Shown here piece by piece: positions 50,114 to 63,672 of a stretch of DNA of 64,000 nucleotides (position 1 is the first letter of the stretch; each line of letters opens with the position of its first letter). The stretch lies in the NCBI GenBank assembly GCA_013265495.1, contig MU057560.1, positions 1,438,753-1,502,752 of the forward strand. Direction: 5' to 3'. Under the pieces are notes generated by a model, which saw only the letters and a list, made by a program, of their open reading frames with translations, did no database searches and had not been told where the DNA came from. This stretch comes from Vicugna vicugna. Taxonomy: Eukaryota. The position numbers and the translations under genes are program-made.

Positions 50114-53100
50114 ATTCGTTTTGTTTTGGGAAAAATTACTCTCAGAGACTGAAATTGTCTTTGCCAATTTTTATTTAACACAGGTTCACTGCGGGAATTG
50201 TAATAATTTTACAAGCCAATAACGTGCAGGATAATGTCTGTTAATAAGCCAAAAAAGGATAACAGCATGCGCCAAACCAGTGATGGACTCACTTCACCAC
50301 TGTTTCAGGCAAGGGGAAGGTGAAAGGAGAGAAGTCTGTTCTAAGAGCTGGTTCTCGGGAGAGACGGCTCAGCCACCAGGAGTGGCATCCAGCTGCCAGC
50401 ATGGAAGCGAAGCCCTTTGCTGCGAGGGCGTGTTGCTAGGGAACAAAGATGCTGGCGTCAGTGGGCAAGATGACCTTCCTCGAGGGGCCGCTGCGTGGTT
50501 CTCACCACTGCTGAGCAGAGATTCACCTGGCCCAGGTAGGAGCTAGTGCCTCAAGGTCTTCGGAGAGTATTCAGAGCAGCAAAGAGTCCCGCTGGCCAGA
50601 CCCAACACTCTGGGGTCATCCTCACCGTCTCTGCGTGTTTAGAATCTAAATGCGCCCCCCACAGAGCTTCCCCTCGAGGGTCCTTGTGGACAAGCCCCCG
50701 GAGGGGCCTCCGCAGCCAAGCTGCCCTGTGCTTGTCAGCAACTGCAGGCCAAGGGCCACATCCTGACACAATTTCACTTTTGTGTCAAAACAACTTTGCT
50801 TATAAGATCCTCTTTTTTGTCATACACAAGTGGATTTGAAGTCACTGCACAGCAGTATTTCAGTGTCCCTCTTCCTCGGACCGTAGCCGTCCTCGTGGCC
50901 GGGCGGCCGTGCAGTGGGCTCGGAGCGCAGCAGCCTGGTGGGGCAGTGCCGGCCTCCCTGGGGACCAGGTTTGCTGGAGTGACAGTAGAATGGCCAGCTT
51001 CTGGGCTGCTGACCTCAGTGAGCAGCACGGTCTTTGCAGTGAACGCCTGGAACCTCGGTCACCTGATCGACTGCGCGTCAGCTCGAGCACCGACGAGATC
51101 GAGACGCCCCGGAGCTGCGCTGGGAGGCCGCCCGGTGACAGGGAAGATCAGGGTGATGGAGCTGCACTCAGCACTCAGACACACTTCACAAGTTCACTGC
51201 CGAGGAAGATGTACTTTAAAAAGATTATCTTGCGGATGCGTCACCAAAAGTGGCATCAGGGCTCCCCAGCCGCTGACACCAGGTCAGGACACTCCAGGAG
51301 GCAGGGCTGTCCTGCGGAGAAGCCGCCTGCTCGCCCTCCCCGGGCCACCGGCAGCCCTGCCTGGCTCGAGCGCTCCCTGCAGGGACTGGGGGTCGGAACA
51401 GCTTCCCTGCGAGTCGACTCAATCACGTGGCTGAGCTCCTGTTGTGCTGCTGGAAAGATGCAAGAAGAGGGAGCCCTGGGCTGCAATTTCATTTGTGATT
51501 GCATTTTTTATTAAAACAGTTAATGACTGGAATCCGAATTTCGTACAGTACATAGTCACCCTGACAGCAGTGAAAACCCCACCCATTAGAGGATAAAGGA
51601 AAAGTGCAAAACCAAGCCATTTTGGGGTCTGTGGAATCGGAATTTGTATAACGGTTGATACAAAAGATGAATTTCTTGACTATGCAACCATTTGGTACGG
51701 ATTTAAAATTCAGCTCAGTCTCCTGGTGACTAATGTTGGTTCTAATAAGAAACACGTAAATACCAATGTAAAAATAAGTTGCAAAAGTAAAGCAAGAAAT
51801 AAGGAGAAAATATAGGATTTTTTTTTAAATAAACTTATCTCTGGGGATGGGAAGGATGGCATTATCTTTAGCTGAATTATTGACGTGGTATTTACTTGAA
51901 AAAACATCACGGAACACACGTGCAGGTCACACTGCAGGTAAGGCTCTGCTTCAGAAGCACTTCGTAAAACACGTTTTTGATAGGATTGGCCACTGAGTGT
52001 CACGCGTGTTGCTGATGACCCATCAGTCATGTTTACGAAACGAACAAAGACCCCATAACCATGACAAGTTTTTAAATAAGCCTTATTTGTGAAAAACGAC
52101 CATAAGAAAATGAAATGCATGCTGTGTCTTTATCTCAAGTCACAGGCAGGTGCACAGGGCTGGAGGGTGTGTGTTAAGTCCGGCTACTGAATACATTTGC
52201 AATAAAGTGTTCCATATCCACTTGCTCATCTGACTTCAACCTTTTTCCCCTTGTGTGTGAAGAAACTGTCGAAAGGAAAATCATGCACTTTATGAAGGTG
52301 CTCACTAGGAATCAAGACCAATAAACACAGGCATGTGGATTGATGACGAAAACAAAACACGGAGACTCACTGTGATGCTGCTCAATTTTTAAACAGAATG
52401 TTCAGTTTCCAGCCTAACCTGCGGCTGGGGCAAACCCCCACCCAGCCAATAATGCAGATTCCCCACCGTCTCCGTCAGACACCTCCCGCCCTCCCTCCGA
52501 CCTGGGTGTAGAAATCCAGAAAGACTGTTTGTCTCCAGTTCCTAAGGTTGTGCCGCCTGGTCCTGCCAGCCCTGTCCCCGACCCCTGAGCTCTCAGTCCG
52601 TGCTCTGCAGGCCACTCTGACAAGCTCGTAGGAGTTTAGGATGAACAGAATTGGAGGATAAGCTGTGCAGAGCATGGGGAGTGACTGGCTTTAATATCGC
52701 AGATAAATGTAAACACAGATGTTACAGTCGGACATGTGTGTTCATCCCTGTGTGTTCATTTTCCCTCCATCCATCAACGCACCGCGGCCTCTTGGCTCCC
52801 AGAATTCTACATTACATGCTATTGTTGTTCAGTAAAGGTTGTTTAACTATGATTGACTAGATGGGGGGTAAACACATGACTGAATAGCACATTAAATATG
52901 TAGCGGGTTGATACCAGATCGCACAAGAGACGATGAGCCAGCCTGCTCTTCTAGCGAAAACGGAGGCCACACACAGCATAGAAAGACACTACGTTCACGC
53001 ACCTGCACTCAGTCCCCAATCCTAACAGAGCCTGCAACCTCAGAAGGACAGCGATGGACAGACCTTTTGTAATGACATTTGAAAAATATATTTACTGTGA

Positions 53101-53999
53101 TTATATCTACATTGGGTAGAAAGTTGTCAAGTAAAAGCAGCAAAAGTCTGACTCCAGCCAGCTGAAACCCAGACCAGAGCGGAGGCAGGCCAGATAAAAG
53201 GCTGGTTTAGGTGTGATTTTCTGCCCGAGGCATGTGGTGCTGTCGGGGCTCATAACCTCCTCTGCTGCCCTCCATCCTCTGCCGGTCCTCCTGGGTCGAC
53301 GTCGGCCCGCTCTCAGTCCCCGGTCAGGAGCTCTGCTGGCTGCACCGGTGCCTGGCCTCTGTCCTCACCACTCACGTGGGGCCCCACCACTACATTCAGT
53401 CGCCTTCAGGCACCTTCGTGTTGGGATGGTCCAGGCCAGGATCCACCCCAAGCCAGTCTGTGACCTCGCAGCGGTCAGTGCCCCGGCCACGTCCAGCCTC
53501 CCAAGGGAAAGCAGACTGCTAAGTACAAGGAGGACCCGTGGAAAGGAGGACACAGATTCTAGAAAGCCAGCAAATGTCCACTTCAATCCTTGCACTCCAG
53601 CCAATCATCAGTCTTGCTGAGATGACTTTGGTATTTTTACTTTCCTATTTAAGCACGTGGTTTCCAGTCTTTACTGTGTCAAGCTTTCCTGCCTCCAGTG
53701 ATATTTCAGACACGATTTGACTCATCTGTTTTTCCCTCATCATTCTTTCCTGGCTCCCCCCTCCTCTCTCTTCATCAGTAACTCCAAGCACATTGCCCTG
53801 CTTCCCGTTATTCAAAACAGCCATAGTTCACATTTACAGTGAGCTGTGTTCCCTACCCTCCCGTGAATTTGCTGTTACTTGTTCACAGTTTTCTGCGTGT
53901 TGAAATTCTATTTTTCCTTGTAGGCTACTCTGAACAGCGTGTCTTTTGTGAAGCCCTCCTTGGATACCACCTGCCATGACACTTGCCTTATAACTGCAC

Positions 54000-54507
54000 C
54001 CACGGCAGTGACCCTCCAGCCAGACCCCCGTGCCCCCCGTCTCCTGGTGTTCACACCCTCATGTTGCCCCCTCCTACAATAAAGAGGGCGGACTTTTCAT
54101 AGCCAAGTTAATGTAGCAGCTGCAATGGTTGTGCCTTCAGAGACCAGGTCAGGAAAGGCACCATGACTTCCTCCGACCTCTCTTGGTCTACGTGGCCTGG
54201 GAGAAGCCAGATGCTGTACCAAAAGGACACCCCACTGTCCTTCAGAGACAAAGAAGGGGCAAAGAAGTGAGGCATCTGCCCACAGCTGAGTGAGTGAGCT
54301 GCCAGTAAAGAAGGTCCTCTGGCCCCAGTCACGCCTTCGGATAACTGTCACGCCGACCACGGCCTCACCGGAGATGCTCAGCCAAACTACCGAGCAAAGA
54401 CCTTCTCGAAATTGCTGATACGCAGAACCTGTGAGATGACAAGGGTCTGTGTTTAAGCCACTGCATGTGAGTGCAATCTATCATTCAGCGGTGAGTGACT
54501 GAAACAG
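54000..54507 (+). mobile_element. MaLR solo LTR, MLT1E/F-like
   Basis: ctcctggtgttcacaccct, ctgggagaagccag, ccccagtcacgccttcggataactg, cagaacctgtgagat...gtttaagccactg...gactgaaaca. Confidence 0.8.
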
Positions 54508-57029
54508 CAGCGTGATGCTCGAGAAGCCCCTCAGGTAGCAGGAAGCTCGGATCGCGTGGGTCGACACGTGTCAGTACGTTTCTGTCTTTTGCATGACCTG
54601 TCAGTTTTGCTTTGTCTTGTTTTACCCCCAGACCTAGGTCAGAGCTTCATATATTGATCAAAACATCATGTAAGGAGGGCTTTGGAGGATGAGGAAGAAA
54701 TAAGACAGAGGGAGGTGGGGAGAGGGGAGGACACGCCAGAAGGAAAAGTCTGAATTCTGGTTGCAAGGACAGTGAGAGGACCTTGAAAGCAAACATGCCT
54801 ACTAATGTGTTTAAACTGATCGGTGCCTGTACCACGTGGCGAACGCCATCCCTGACCCTCATCATTGCAGTGTGGCTGTGGCCCACACCGCCTTGTGTTC
54901 ACAGGGAGGAAAATCAAAAGACAAAACAGCTGCATTCCGTATTTGTGCTGTTCAAGGTCAGAGAGGAGAAGGTCACACCTGCCGAGACTTGGAGCGACAG
55001 CACAGGACAGGGACTCAGGGGAGGTCAGGGGGTCAGGGGGAGACCAGCCGCCCTCGAGGGGGCCTCAGAGGTGCCTGGGGAAAGCTACCTCTGGTTCTCA
55101 CCCCCTGACGGGAGTGGGGGCTTTATACCTGTTCAGATGAAGATGAGTCAGCCTCAGATAATCGTGGAAACACAGAGCACTCAGCCGACTTCTGGGTCAC
55201 GTGTAAAGGACACGACCAGCTCTCCAGACATTTAGGTGCTGAAGTCAGATTTCACGCTTTTTCTCTCATTTCCTGAGCTCTCGTACAAAATGTTGAACCA
55301 CAGAAACGCGAACCCACACTGCAGCCAATTTCCCGACAGAGGAACTGAGGCTTGAAGGTCACAGGTAGAAGGAAGTGGCTCAGCGTGTGATGCGTGGGGA
55401 CCCCGAGGGGACCCCGCGGGGACCCCGCCGCCCAGGGGCAGAGCCGCACTCGCACAGGGCGGGGGTCCGGGCGGCTCTGGGCGCGGAGAGGGTGTCTGGC
55501 CTCCTCGTGAGGCTTACGTGGTTGCCAGACCTGGAAGCTTCCCGAGGGCTCATTCTGCCTCCAAAGCGCAGACAGCTACGGTGCGTGCGGATCTAAGTGA
55601 CAGTTATTTGAGTTCCCACGCTCCCGCACCCCCAGCGCAGCTCCCTCTTTGGTCCTGGCAGGGCGTCCTCACTCCCACCTGCCATGGCAGCGTTTCACCT
55701 TCTGAAGTTTTGAGACCGTCCCCCTGTAATCTCTCCTCTAGATCCTTTTGCTCCTCTCCTCGTCTTTAAATAAAATACATCCTGGGATTGCTCTGAATTA
55801 AGTCTTCTGTACCCACTGTACACACTGACAGCAGCTGTCACCGATTTATTTCGCTTTAATGGAGAGCTCTGTTTTTACAAGCTTCTTCCAGACCCTTCTC
55901 CAGGGCCCTTTATGCGTAAAATGCCCTATAAAGGACTTGTCCTACACAGAGAGAGCTCCCTCATTAAGAATGATCTATGCACTGCAGGGACACTGTGCTG
56001 GACGCCAGAAACTGTGCTTCAGTGTAACTGGCTGTGCTTCAATTAAAAAAATAAGTCAGTAAAAAGTAAAGAATGATATTATTGAAGCTTGAAAAACTAA
56101 GTTATGAGTAACCCCATTTCATTAAGTCACAATGACATCTTCTCACTACGAGGACAGAGAAGCCAAGGAAGACGAGAACTAGTGGTTGCCGCGCCGGAGC
56201 GGGTACATTTTGGCGGACCCTGCCCTCAGCGCAGGTGGCAGGTGGCTCTCCCCGTCAGCCTGACACGGGCAGGAGCTTAACGTCGTGAGACTCTCCCATC
56301 TCAGACACATTCGGAACAGCCGAGTATCTTTAAAGACGGAGCCATGTCATTGCCGGACAGACTGTGGGCTTCAGATTAATACCCAAAAAGCCAGTTTCTC
56401 CATTAACACATCGGTATGTTTGGGTAAATTTCGTGACCGTTATCACACACAGCTTCCATCTGGGTACCCTGGGGGTTCTCGCCGTCTCTCTCTCTCTCAA
56501 ATGCAGGGCACTTGTACATGTGCTTCTGAGCTAGGAGTGCAAGGCAAAAGGTCAGGCAGCCACTCAGGAAGAAATGACCTAAATGACCTAAGCTGAAGAG
56601 GGTCCCCGTAGGGGTGTGGCCCGCGCCAGCTCGGCACCCTCAGAGTGAACGTGCTAGCTGAATCAGGACGTCTCTTTCTGCTGGTTTGTTTTCAGTGGGC
56701 ACAGATTTCCTGTTGCTGAAACGCCGCTGAGCTAGTAAGCGTGGCTGCGGAGGTGAGGGGCAGTTTGCAGGCGCGAGCTGACGTGAGTCTGGACCCCCGT
56801 GGTGCCGGTGTGACTTGCCGCTCTCCGCTGTGGGCACCGTCGGCTGGAACGTGGACGGTGCTCCAGGGGGCACCCTCACCCGTGTGTGCGAGATTCCAGT
56901 AGAGAAGCAAGTAAGTCTTATCATACCTGCTCTTTTCATTGAAATTACTGGAAATCTTAAAAAAAAATTCCGGTGTGTGGCTCCCATCCCCAAACTGTCA
57001 CATCCTTCCTCTCCACTTCGATCCTCTTA

Positions 57030-59060
57030 TAACCCTTTCATAGCCCTTGATGAACTAACCCCTACTCATGCCATAATGTCTCCTTTTTCCTTAGTAACAT
57101 TTCTTGCTTTGAAGTTTACCCCGTCCGAGGTTAATGTAGCCAATTAAACTTGGAGGGGATTCATATTTTTAGGACGTACCTTTCTTTCTGCTCTCCTTCA
57201 GCCTGTTTGTGCTCCGCTGGACAGCCTGCGGTTGGGCCTGTTTTTCATCCAGTCTGACAATCTCAGTCTTCAAATACCACTCGGGTCATTAGTAAGTCAC
57301 ATCAGTATTGATACATTTTTATTTAAATCTGACACCCAGTTTTAAATCAAACTGTCTTTTATTTTAAATAAAACCTGTCTTTTATTTGTCCCATCTGTTG
57401 CTTACTCTATTTTCCCTCTTTCCTGTTTTAGTCTGAATTAAATATATTCTTATGTTCACATTTTATTTCCACTCACAGCTTCTTAGACCACCTTTTTGAA
57501 AAAGTGCTCTGCAGTTATTGTTTCGCCAACTGCCTCGGGGTTCACTATGCTCATCTGTATCCTAAACGCCCACCTTCAAACAATGCCACACGGTGTCACT
57601 TGTCACGTAAGACGCGCAAAACATTCTGCCCTTTCCTCTCCCGTCCGTTGTGCCGCTGTCACATATTTCTGTGTCCTAGAGCCCAAACCCCTACTGTTAC
57701 TTTTATTTAAATGGTTAATTATTTTAATAGGATTGGAATGAGAAAACGAGCTGATTCAGATAGCTTATACTTACAAACGATGCCTCTTCACAGCCCTTTG
57801 TGTATCTGGTGCCACGCTCCTTCAGCTGGCGTGAACTCGCTTAATCACGGACCACGCTGCCCATCTGGTGTGGATTCCCCGCTCCTGTGCTTGTCTGAGA
57901 TGGTCCTTAGTTATCTTTGCTCAGGAGTGACACGTTCACCTGGTAGCGAAATCTGTCTCTGAAGAAACAGAGTATTTACCCCCGCCCAGACATGGACTTG
58001 CCCCTTCTCCTGCCAGGCCCTTCCGCGCGCTGCCAGTCCCCTCAGTCCGCAGCTGAGCCCCACTTGGGCTCTGCGGTTTCTGGAGTTACCTGAGCGACCA
58101 CGGGCTTCAGATCCCCTGAGGAGTGCGCTCCCCCAGCCCGGGACTCGGTGCGACACCCGGAGTGCGGGGGCAGCAGTCTCTTGCTCTGCTCCGAGCCCCC
58201 ATGGCCCTGACCCGGCCCCTCTCAGGGGCGGACTTTGCTGCTGCTGGAGCGAAGCTTGTGATGGGGCAGGAGTCCTCTGATTCCCTGCTGCAGCCTCAGA
58301 CTCAGGCTGAGGGGCTCCGCTGTGTGAGCCTGAGGAGCGAGACTGTCTGAGCATCCTTGCTTCCCCCAGCGCCAGGCCCTGTGCCTCCCTCCGTGCGCAC
58401 GGCCCTGCACACACGTGCCCACGCGTGGCAGCCCGAGCTCGGCACCGGTGAGGACCCCGGGCTGTGTGAGTTCCCTGCCCCCGCCTCAGTGCGCCTCCAC
58501 GTTTGTGCCAGCAGAGCAGAATCCTGGGCGTGAGGGGGTCCCCCACCCACCCTCGGCGACAGTTAGCTTTTGCTGGAGTCATGAAAGGACTGCAAGGGGG
58601 TGTTTCCTGTCCCCTCTCAGTGGGTGTCAGCCGCACCCTGCCATCTGCCTGCATCACAGTAGGGGCTGGCACACCCGTGCCACTGAGGTGGGGAGGGGGC
58701 TTCCCGGCCTCAAGGGGGCCCACGGCCCCTCCTGTGAGCATCTGGAGCTGCTCCACGGAGAAGAGCCAGCCGGGGGCCGCGCTCTGTGTGTCTCTGGCTC
58801 CCAGGGGTTCCCGCCTGCCCCCTGGGGGCCCGGGCTTTAAGGAGCCCCTTACACCACCACCACGTCACTGCTCTCTCCCACCCCCCCCCCAGAGGGCGCC
58901 CGAGTGTCACGGTTCGGTCCCCGTGCCCCGCTGCCCTCAGGGGGAGTTCAGGTCACGCGGTGGTCTCGCAGCCTCAGTGCCGATGGTCTCAGAAGATCAT
59001 GCTTTTGCAGGTTACTCACCTGTTTCCTCACAGTTACGGGGCGTTTTCTCCTATCTGGGG
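57030..59060 (-). mobile_element. Old L1M 5' portion, antisense, GC-shifted toward the right end
   Basis: tttcttgctttgaagttt and gttgggcctgtttttcatccagtctgacaatctc match antisense L1M. ctcagaagatcatgcttttgcaggttactcacctgtttcctcacagtta resembles the antisense L1M 5' end. The assignment of 57970-58950 is uncertain. Confidence 0.55.
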
Positions 59061-59319
59061 GGTACCATCCTCTCCCTCAGCCTGGGAGCTCACCCTGAAA
59101 CCCACACTCGGAGAAGCCCGCCCGGGGCGCGGCCAGCGAGCGAGGCCTGGGCGCACAACCCGCGGACGTGGGGCCACCCGCCGGAGGGAACCCAGCGTCG
59201 GCGCGGCACCTGCCTTTACACCTGGGCGGGCGCCACCTTCGGAGTCACACACGGCATCTTGAAGTGAGATCAGAGTATCTGCACGTGGAAAGGGGCACAG
59301 GCATGTGTTCGCGATACTT

Positions 59320-60135
59320 CTTCTGGGTTAACAGACTAATTTTGGGAGCAGTGTTAAGTTTACAGAAGAGCTGAGCAGTAAGGACGGGGAGCTCCCGTAC
59401 AACCCGCCCCGCGCGCGCCCCGCCTCCTTGGCCGTGAGCGTCCTGCGGGGGAGTTTCGCCTGCGGCGACTGAGGAACCCGTACTGGCGCATCATCACTGA
59501 CCTGTCTTAGTTTCTCTGCCAAATCAAAATGCCGTGGACTGAGTGGCTTAGAAACAGGGACTGATGTCCTACAGCGCTGGAGGCTGGAAGCCCAAGGTCA
59601 GGGTGCCGGCGTGGTCGGTCCTGGGGAGGCCCTCTTCCTGCCTGCAGAAGGCAGTGCCTCCTGGGTGTCCGCTTGGAGGAAAGAGGGTGAGGGAGCTCTC
59701 TGGGGTCCCTTTTGCAAAGGCACCAAACCCACTTATGAGGCTTCACACTTGTGACGTAGTCACCTCCCAAAGGCCCCACCGCCTATTACAAATCCCTTGT
59801 GGGTTTAGGATTCCAACGTGTGCATCTGAGCAGGACACAGTTTATCGCTTTGACTCAAGTCCACAGAGGCCTCTCTGGGTGTTGCACATTCTGTAGGTTT
59901 TCACAGACATATAAGCTGACGTGTCCACAACTGTGGGGTCCCACAGAACCGCTCGCTCTCCTAAAGCCCTCGGGCTCCATCTGTTCACCTCTCTGCTCTC
60001 CCAGCTCCTCGCAGCCACTGTCTCTTTGATTTTGCCTTTTCCGGACCGTCCTCGGGGTGAGACTGCACTGTGCATGGCCGTTTTAGGCTGGCTCCTTTCC
60101 CTGAGCCACTGCGCCTGAGGATTCTGGCGTCTTTA
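59320..60135 (-). mobile_element. L1MC-like 3' end interrupted by an MLT1 LTR
   Basis: gagcagtgttaagtttacagaagagctgagcag...gagctcccgtac, resuming after 59850 with aagtccacag, gttgcacattctgtaggtttt and ttttgccttttccgga. Confidence 0.75.
59503..59850 (-). mobile_element. MaLR solo LTR, MLT1A/B-like, nested in L1MC
   Basis: tgtcttagt start; ctggaggctggaagcccaaggtcagggtgccggc; tcacctcccaaaggcccc. Flanks TGACC (59498-59502) and TGACT (59851-59855). Confidence 0.85.
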
Positions 60136-60204
60136 CAAGTGCTTTCTGCAAAGCTGAAGGCTATTGTCTCGGAAAGAGTGCTCTGAAATTCTAAAGGACA
60201 TCAC

Positions 60205-60320
60205 TCATTTTCGTCACCTTCAGTTTCCTCTTTTGTAAAATGGGGGTCAGACTTTAATGTCTGTTCCCACGAGTTTCGTGAGGCCTGAAAGGATTGATTA
60301 ACAAGTAAAAAAGATAAAGT
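60205..60320. mobile_element. MIR fragment
   Basis: cttcagtttcctcttttgtaaaatgggg...tttcgtgaggcctgaa. Confidence 0.6.
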
Positions 60321-63300
60321 GTTATGTTTCTTCAAATGTCGTAATGGATGCAGGGACGGGGGAATTTGAGGAGAACTGAAATAGTCAGATAGTTGCTGAC
60401 GTGGGAGAGAACGGAAAGGCTGAAAGGCTCTGGTGTTGTCATTCTTGCTTTTGATTTTGTTCAGTAATCATGTCTTAATATTATTACATTGCTCAAATAC
60501 TTTTATGATATTATTCAGTGAGAGCACTGTAACTCAGGGAAAAAAATGAATCCTCTTTATTTCAGCTAATTTGTTATCTAATGAGCAACTGATGTTTTAG
60601 CTTTTGCTTTAAACTTCTGAAATTTATTTCACATTGGGTTTCCATGAGTGTAGGTGAAGAAAGCTGCTCTAGTGTGTGAACTGAGTATCTAACTTCCACG
60701 TATCCCATGATGTCTCTAAGGCCGATCCTTTCCTGTTCCGTAAGACTTTGCTTTCCCTCAGTTGCCTTTATTTTGAATGAAAGGAATTTGCTTTCAGTCC
60801 TTGCACTGTACTTCAGACATGCCGGAGACTGATGGCATCCTGTTGGTCTTCATACAAGCAGTATATATTGTTTGCTCAATGTCTTTGGAACAAGATGAGA
60901 GAGTATGAAGATGATAGAGAAAATCTAAGATCACGTAGAAAAATGTATCTGTTTCATAAAAAGATTGCTCTTCTTGGATCATCTTTGGAGTCACTAGAAT
61001 ACTTTTTGACAAATGGAAGATTTAAAAGTCTCTTCCATGAATCATCTTTCTTAATCACTTTCCCATGATCTTCACTGTGACGAAAATTACAGCATTCATG
61101 TTATCTTACTCATTATTGAAAAAATATGCATTTGAGTTTAGTCTGTCGAATATCCAAACAACATTTACATGAAAGTGTCTGTGCTCTTAGGTGTCAGCGG
61201 GCCAGAACAAACAGAGGAGCCATGCAGTGTCCAAGCTTAGCCTCCACAATGGAGAGCAGGGACTAGCTTATGTTATTTTGAAAAATTTCTAGTGAATAGC
61301 CCGAAGCTTAATTAATTATTAACTTGCCTGAGTCCACTCAGGTGCAAAAATGTGACATTTCTTTTCAGTTTTTTTTTAATTGTATTAAATTTGGTTTTAG
61401 GAAAACATTCCCCAATGTAACACAGTTCAGGGTCTGCTGTTACTGAAGGATAATAAAGTTCCTTATTTCTAAAGCCATAGGATCCTATGATATTCGAGTA
61501 GATCCAAGGGACTGCTCTCTGCTCTGCGGAATTCCGTAGTCACTGATGGACTTACTTCAACTTTGAAGGTCACTGGTTGACCATAAGGTTGCTTTTTCTC
61601 GGCAAATCCAGGGTCTTCTCAACCAAGGCACACCCCTGTCATCACCGCAACTACTACACAAATACCACAAAGCAAGTTCCCCTTTGAGCAGTAACTGCTC
61701 TGGTTTGGGACTGCGAACCCCCTGCTGGCTATCGCTGCAGGCCACGCACCAGATTTCAGGATTCAGTAACACTTCCGGTAAGTCACTCTGCGAGACCCTC
61801 GCGGTTCCTAATTCTGTCGTTAACAAATAGCAAGGCTGGCCCATTGTTTTCCTTTGGATTTCCAGAGAGTTTTCTTGCCAGATGAGGAATAAATTCCACG
61901 AGGGTTTATTTCAAATTGTCTCTCCTAGATTTCTCACTTTAAGAAATCGTTTAGAAGGCCATTAAAATATTTTTAATGGCAAACTTGTCTCCTGCTTGTC
62001 TGAGCCATGACATTTCCTTTTCTTCTGGGAAAGGTGCCAGGAGCGGGCAGCCTGGCCTTCCCTGGCTTGCTTGGTGCCCACGGACACTGGCTTTTATCTC
62101 TTTTTCTGTAAAGCATCTTGTAAGTTAGGCAGTCCCGTTGGGGGTTTCATCAGGAAGCACCAAACTTTCTCACTTTTGTGGTTATTCCTGGATTTCTTTT
62201 TTCTTTCCTTGTTCTTATTTTACTTTAGGAAAACACCATATTAAAAATAAATCCTCATTGAGTCAAAGCTCACCGGTGCAGGAGGAGGATCGGAGAGCTC
62301 TGGCTGAGAACACGGCCCTAAAGGAGCCCCTCGTGTTCTGCTTGAGTTACTGTGTAAGCATGTATCTGGGGTTCCTTTTCTTCTCCATGTGTTGCTGTTG
62401 GATCAGAGCCTCTCAGACAGGAATGAAGTGTCGAGGTGACTTCTGGAAATTTGTCTGCTTTCTTTTGGCTCAAACTCCAACCAGGAGATGCGAGAAGCAG
62501 TTGGCACTGCACAGCACATCCTTTCCTCTTGGGAGCGTGCTGGCTCCAGCTGTGGCGAGCTTACACCGATGTTTAGATGGCACCTGCTCCGGCCTGGCCA
62601 TCATGGCTCATTCAGGGAAGCTCTCCAGGCAAATTACGCCCACGGAACTGCCAAAATGCACGCTGTCCTGTGGGGTCTCCAGTCTCTCCCGGGTCTTGTA
62701 CATTTGTGGGCACCATGGACGGGCTCCAGTGGGACCACTCTTGTGACTGCAAGCGTGTTCCTGTGGCTGGAAGAGTAATCCCAGCAACGTTCTTGGAATT
62801 CTGCTGTTCTCCAGCGGGACTGCAGCTTTCGCTGCTCTGGGATTGTAATTTCCTGTCCTTTGAAAATGATCGGGATGGACTTCTTCGGTGAGGAACACGT
62901 CCCCCACGTTCAGTACTTCCACCCTGCGGGGAACGTCTCACCTGCTTCTGCCTCAGCACAGGTTTTGCCTGTTTCTCACTGGTCTCTTATTCAAAGAGCA
63001 TTTCCTCTCATGCTGGAGTTCAAGGTCGAGTTCTAGGACACTCACCATGCCTCCTTCCCCGTCTCCCTGGGTTCTGCTTACCTCTCCGCCCGTGACTGTA
63101 TCTTTGCATTTGAACCTCTAACTTTAAACTTTAATCCATACAGAAAACCCTAGGACAGAAATACAGGATGTTTACTCGGTTTCGGCCATCTCTGTAGGTA
63201 GAATCTTTATTACACAGTCAAATAGAGTCAAATTAACCTGGTAATGATATTTTGAGAATTTGGACTTTATGAAAATGGCAAAAGTTGAGTTGTACAGAAT

Positions 63301-63672
63301 GACCGATTCAACATTCTGGAAGGCGAATTCCAAACGCTGTCTTCCCTGCACGTGTATCCCGTACAAGGGACCATCGCACGCCTTACCCGCCTGAATTGCA
63401 CCCACCTCACTGGAGATAGAATGCCGCCGAATTGAGACAGAGTCTCATCTTGCATCCTCGGGTATCTTGTGGACAGAAATGGATGGAATGCCTGCTGTTT
63501 TCCCTGGAGTCTCCCTCTCTCCCACGCTGGGTGTTAGCCTCTGTGCCTCCACCTCCTCAGTGAGCTGCGTACTAACTGCTTTTGATAGAGATGGTCAGGA
63601 GATGTTTGCTGAGTGTCCAGCGTGTGCTGGACATGGGACATGCAGTGGGGATGCCCTGATGGGCTCAGCAGA

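Noticed and set aside
50796..51514. 212-aa and 201-aa overlapping ORFs
   Set aside because: Non-ATG starts, several frames open in a GC-rich patch, no recognisable motif.
57911..59267. Longest ORFs (281 aa minus, 254 aa plus) as genes
   Set aside because: Overlapping ORFs on both strands, Pro/Gly/Arg/Ala-biased, no recognisable domain. Explained by stop-poor GC-rich, probably L1-derived DNA.
62138..62959. 202-aa plus ORF and protein-like minus frames (e.g. VEVLNVGDVFLTEEVHPD)
   Set aside because: Not recognised as any protein or pseudogene and the frames are mutually inconsistent. BLASTx would be needed.
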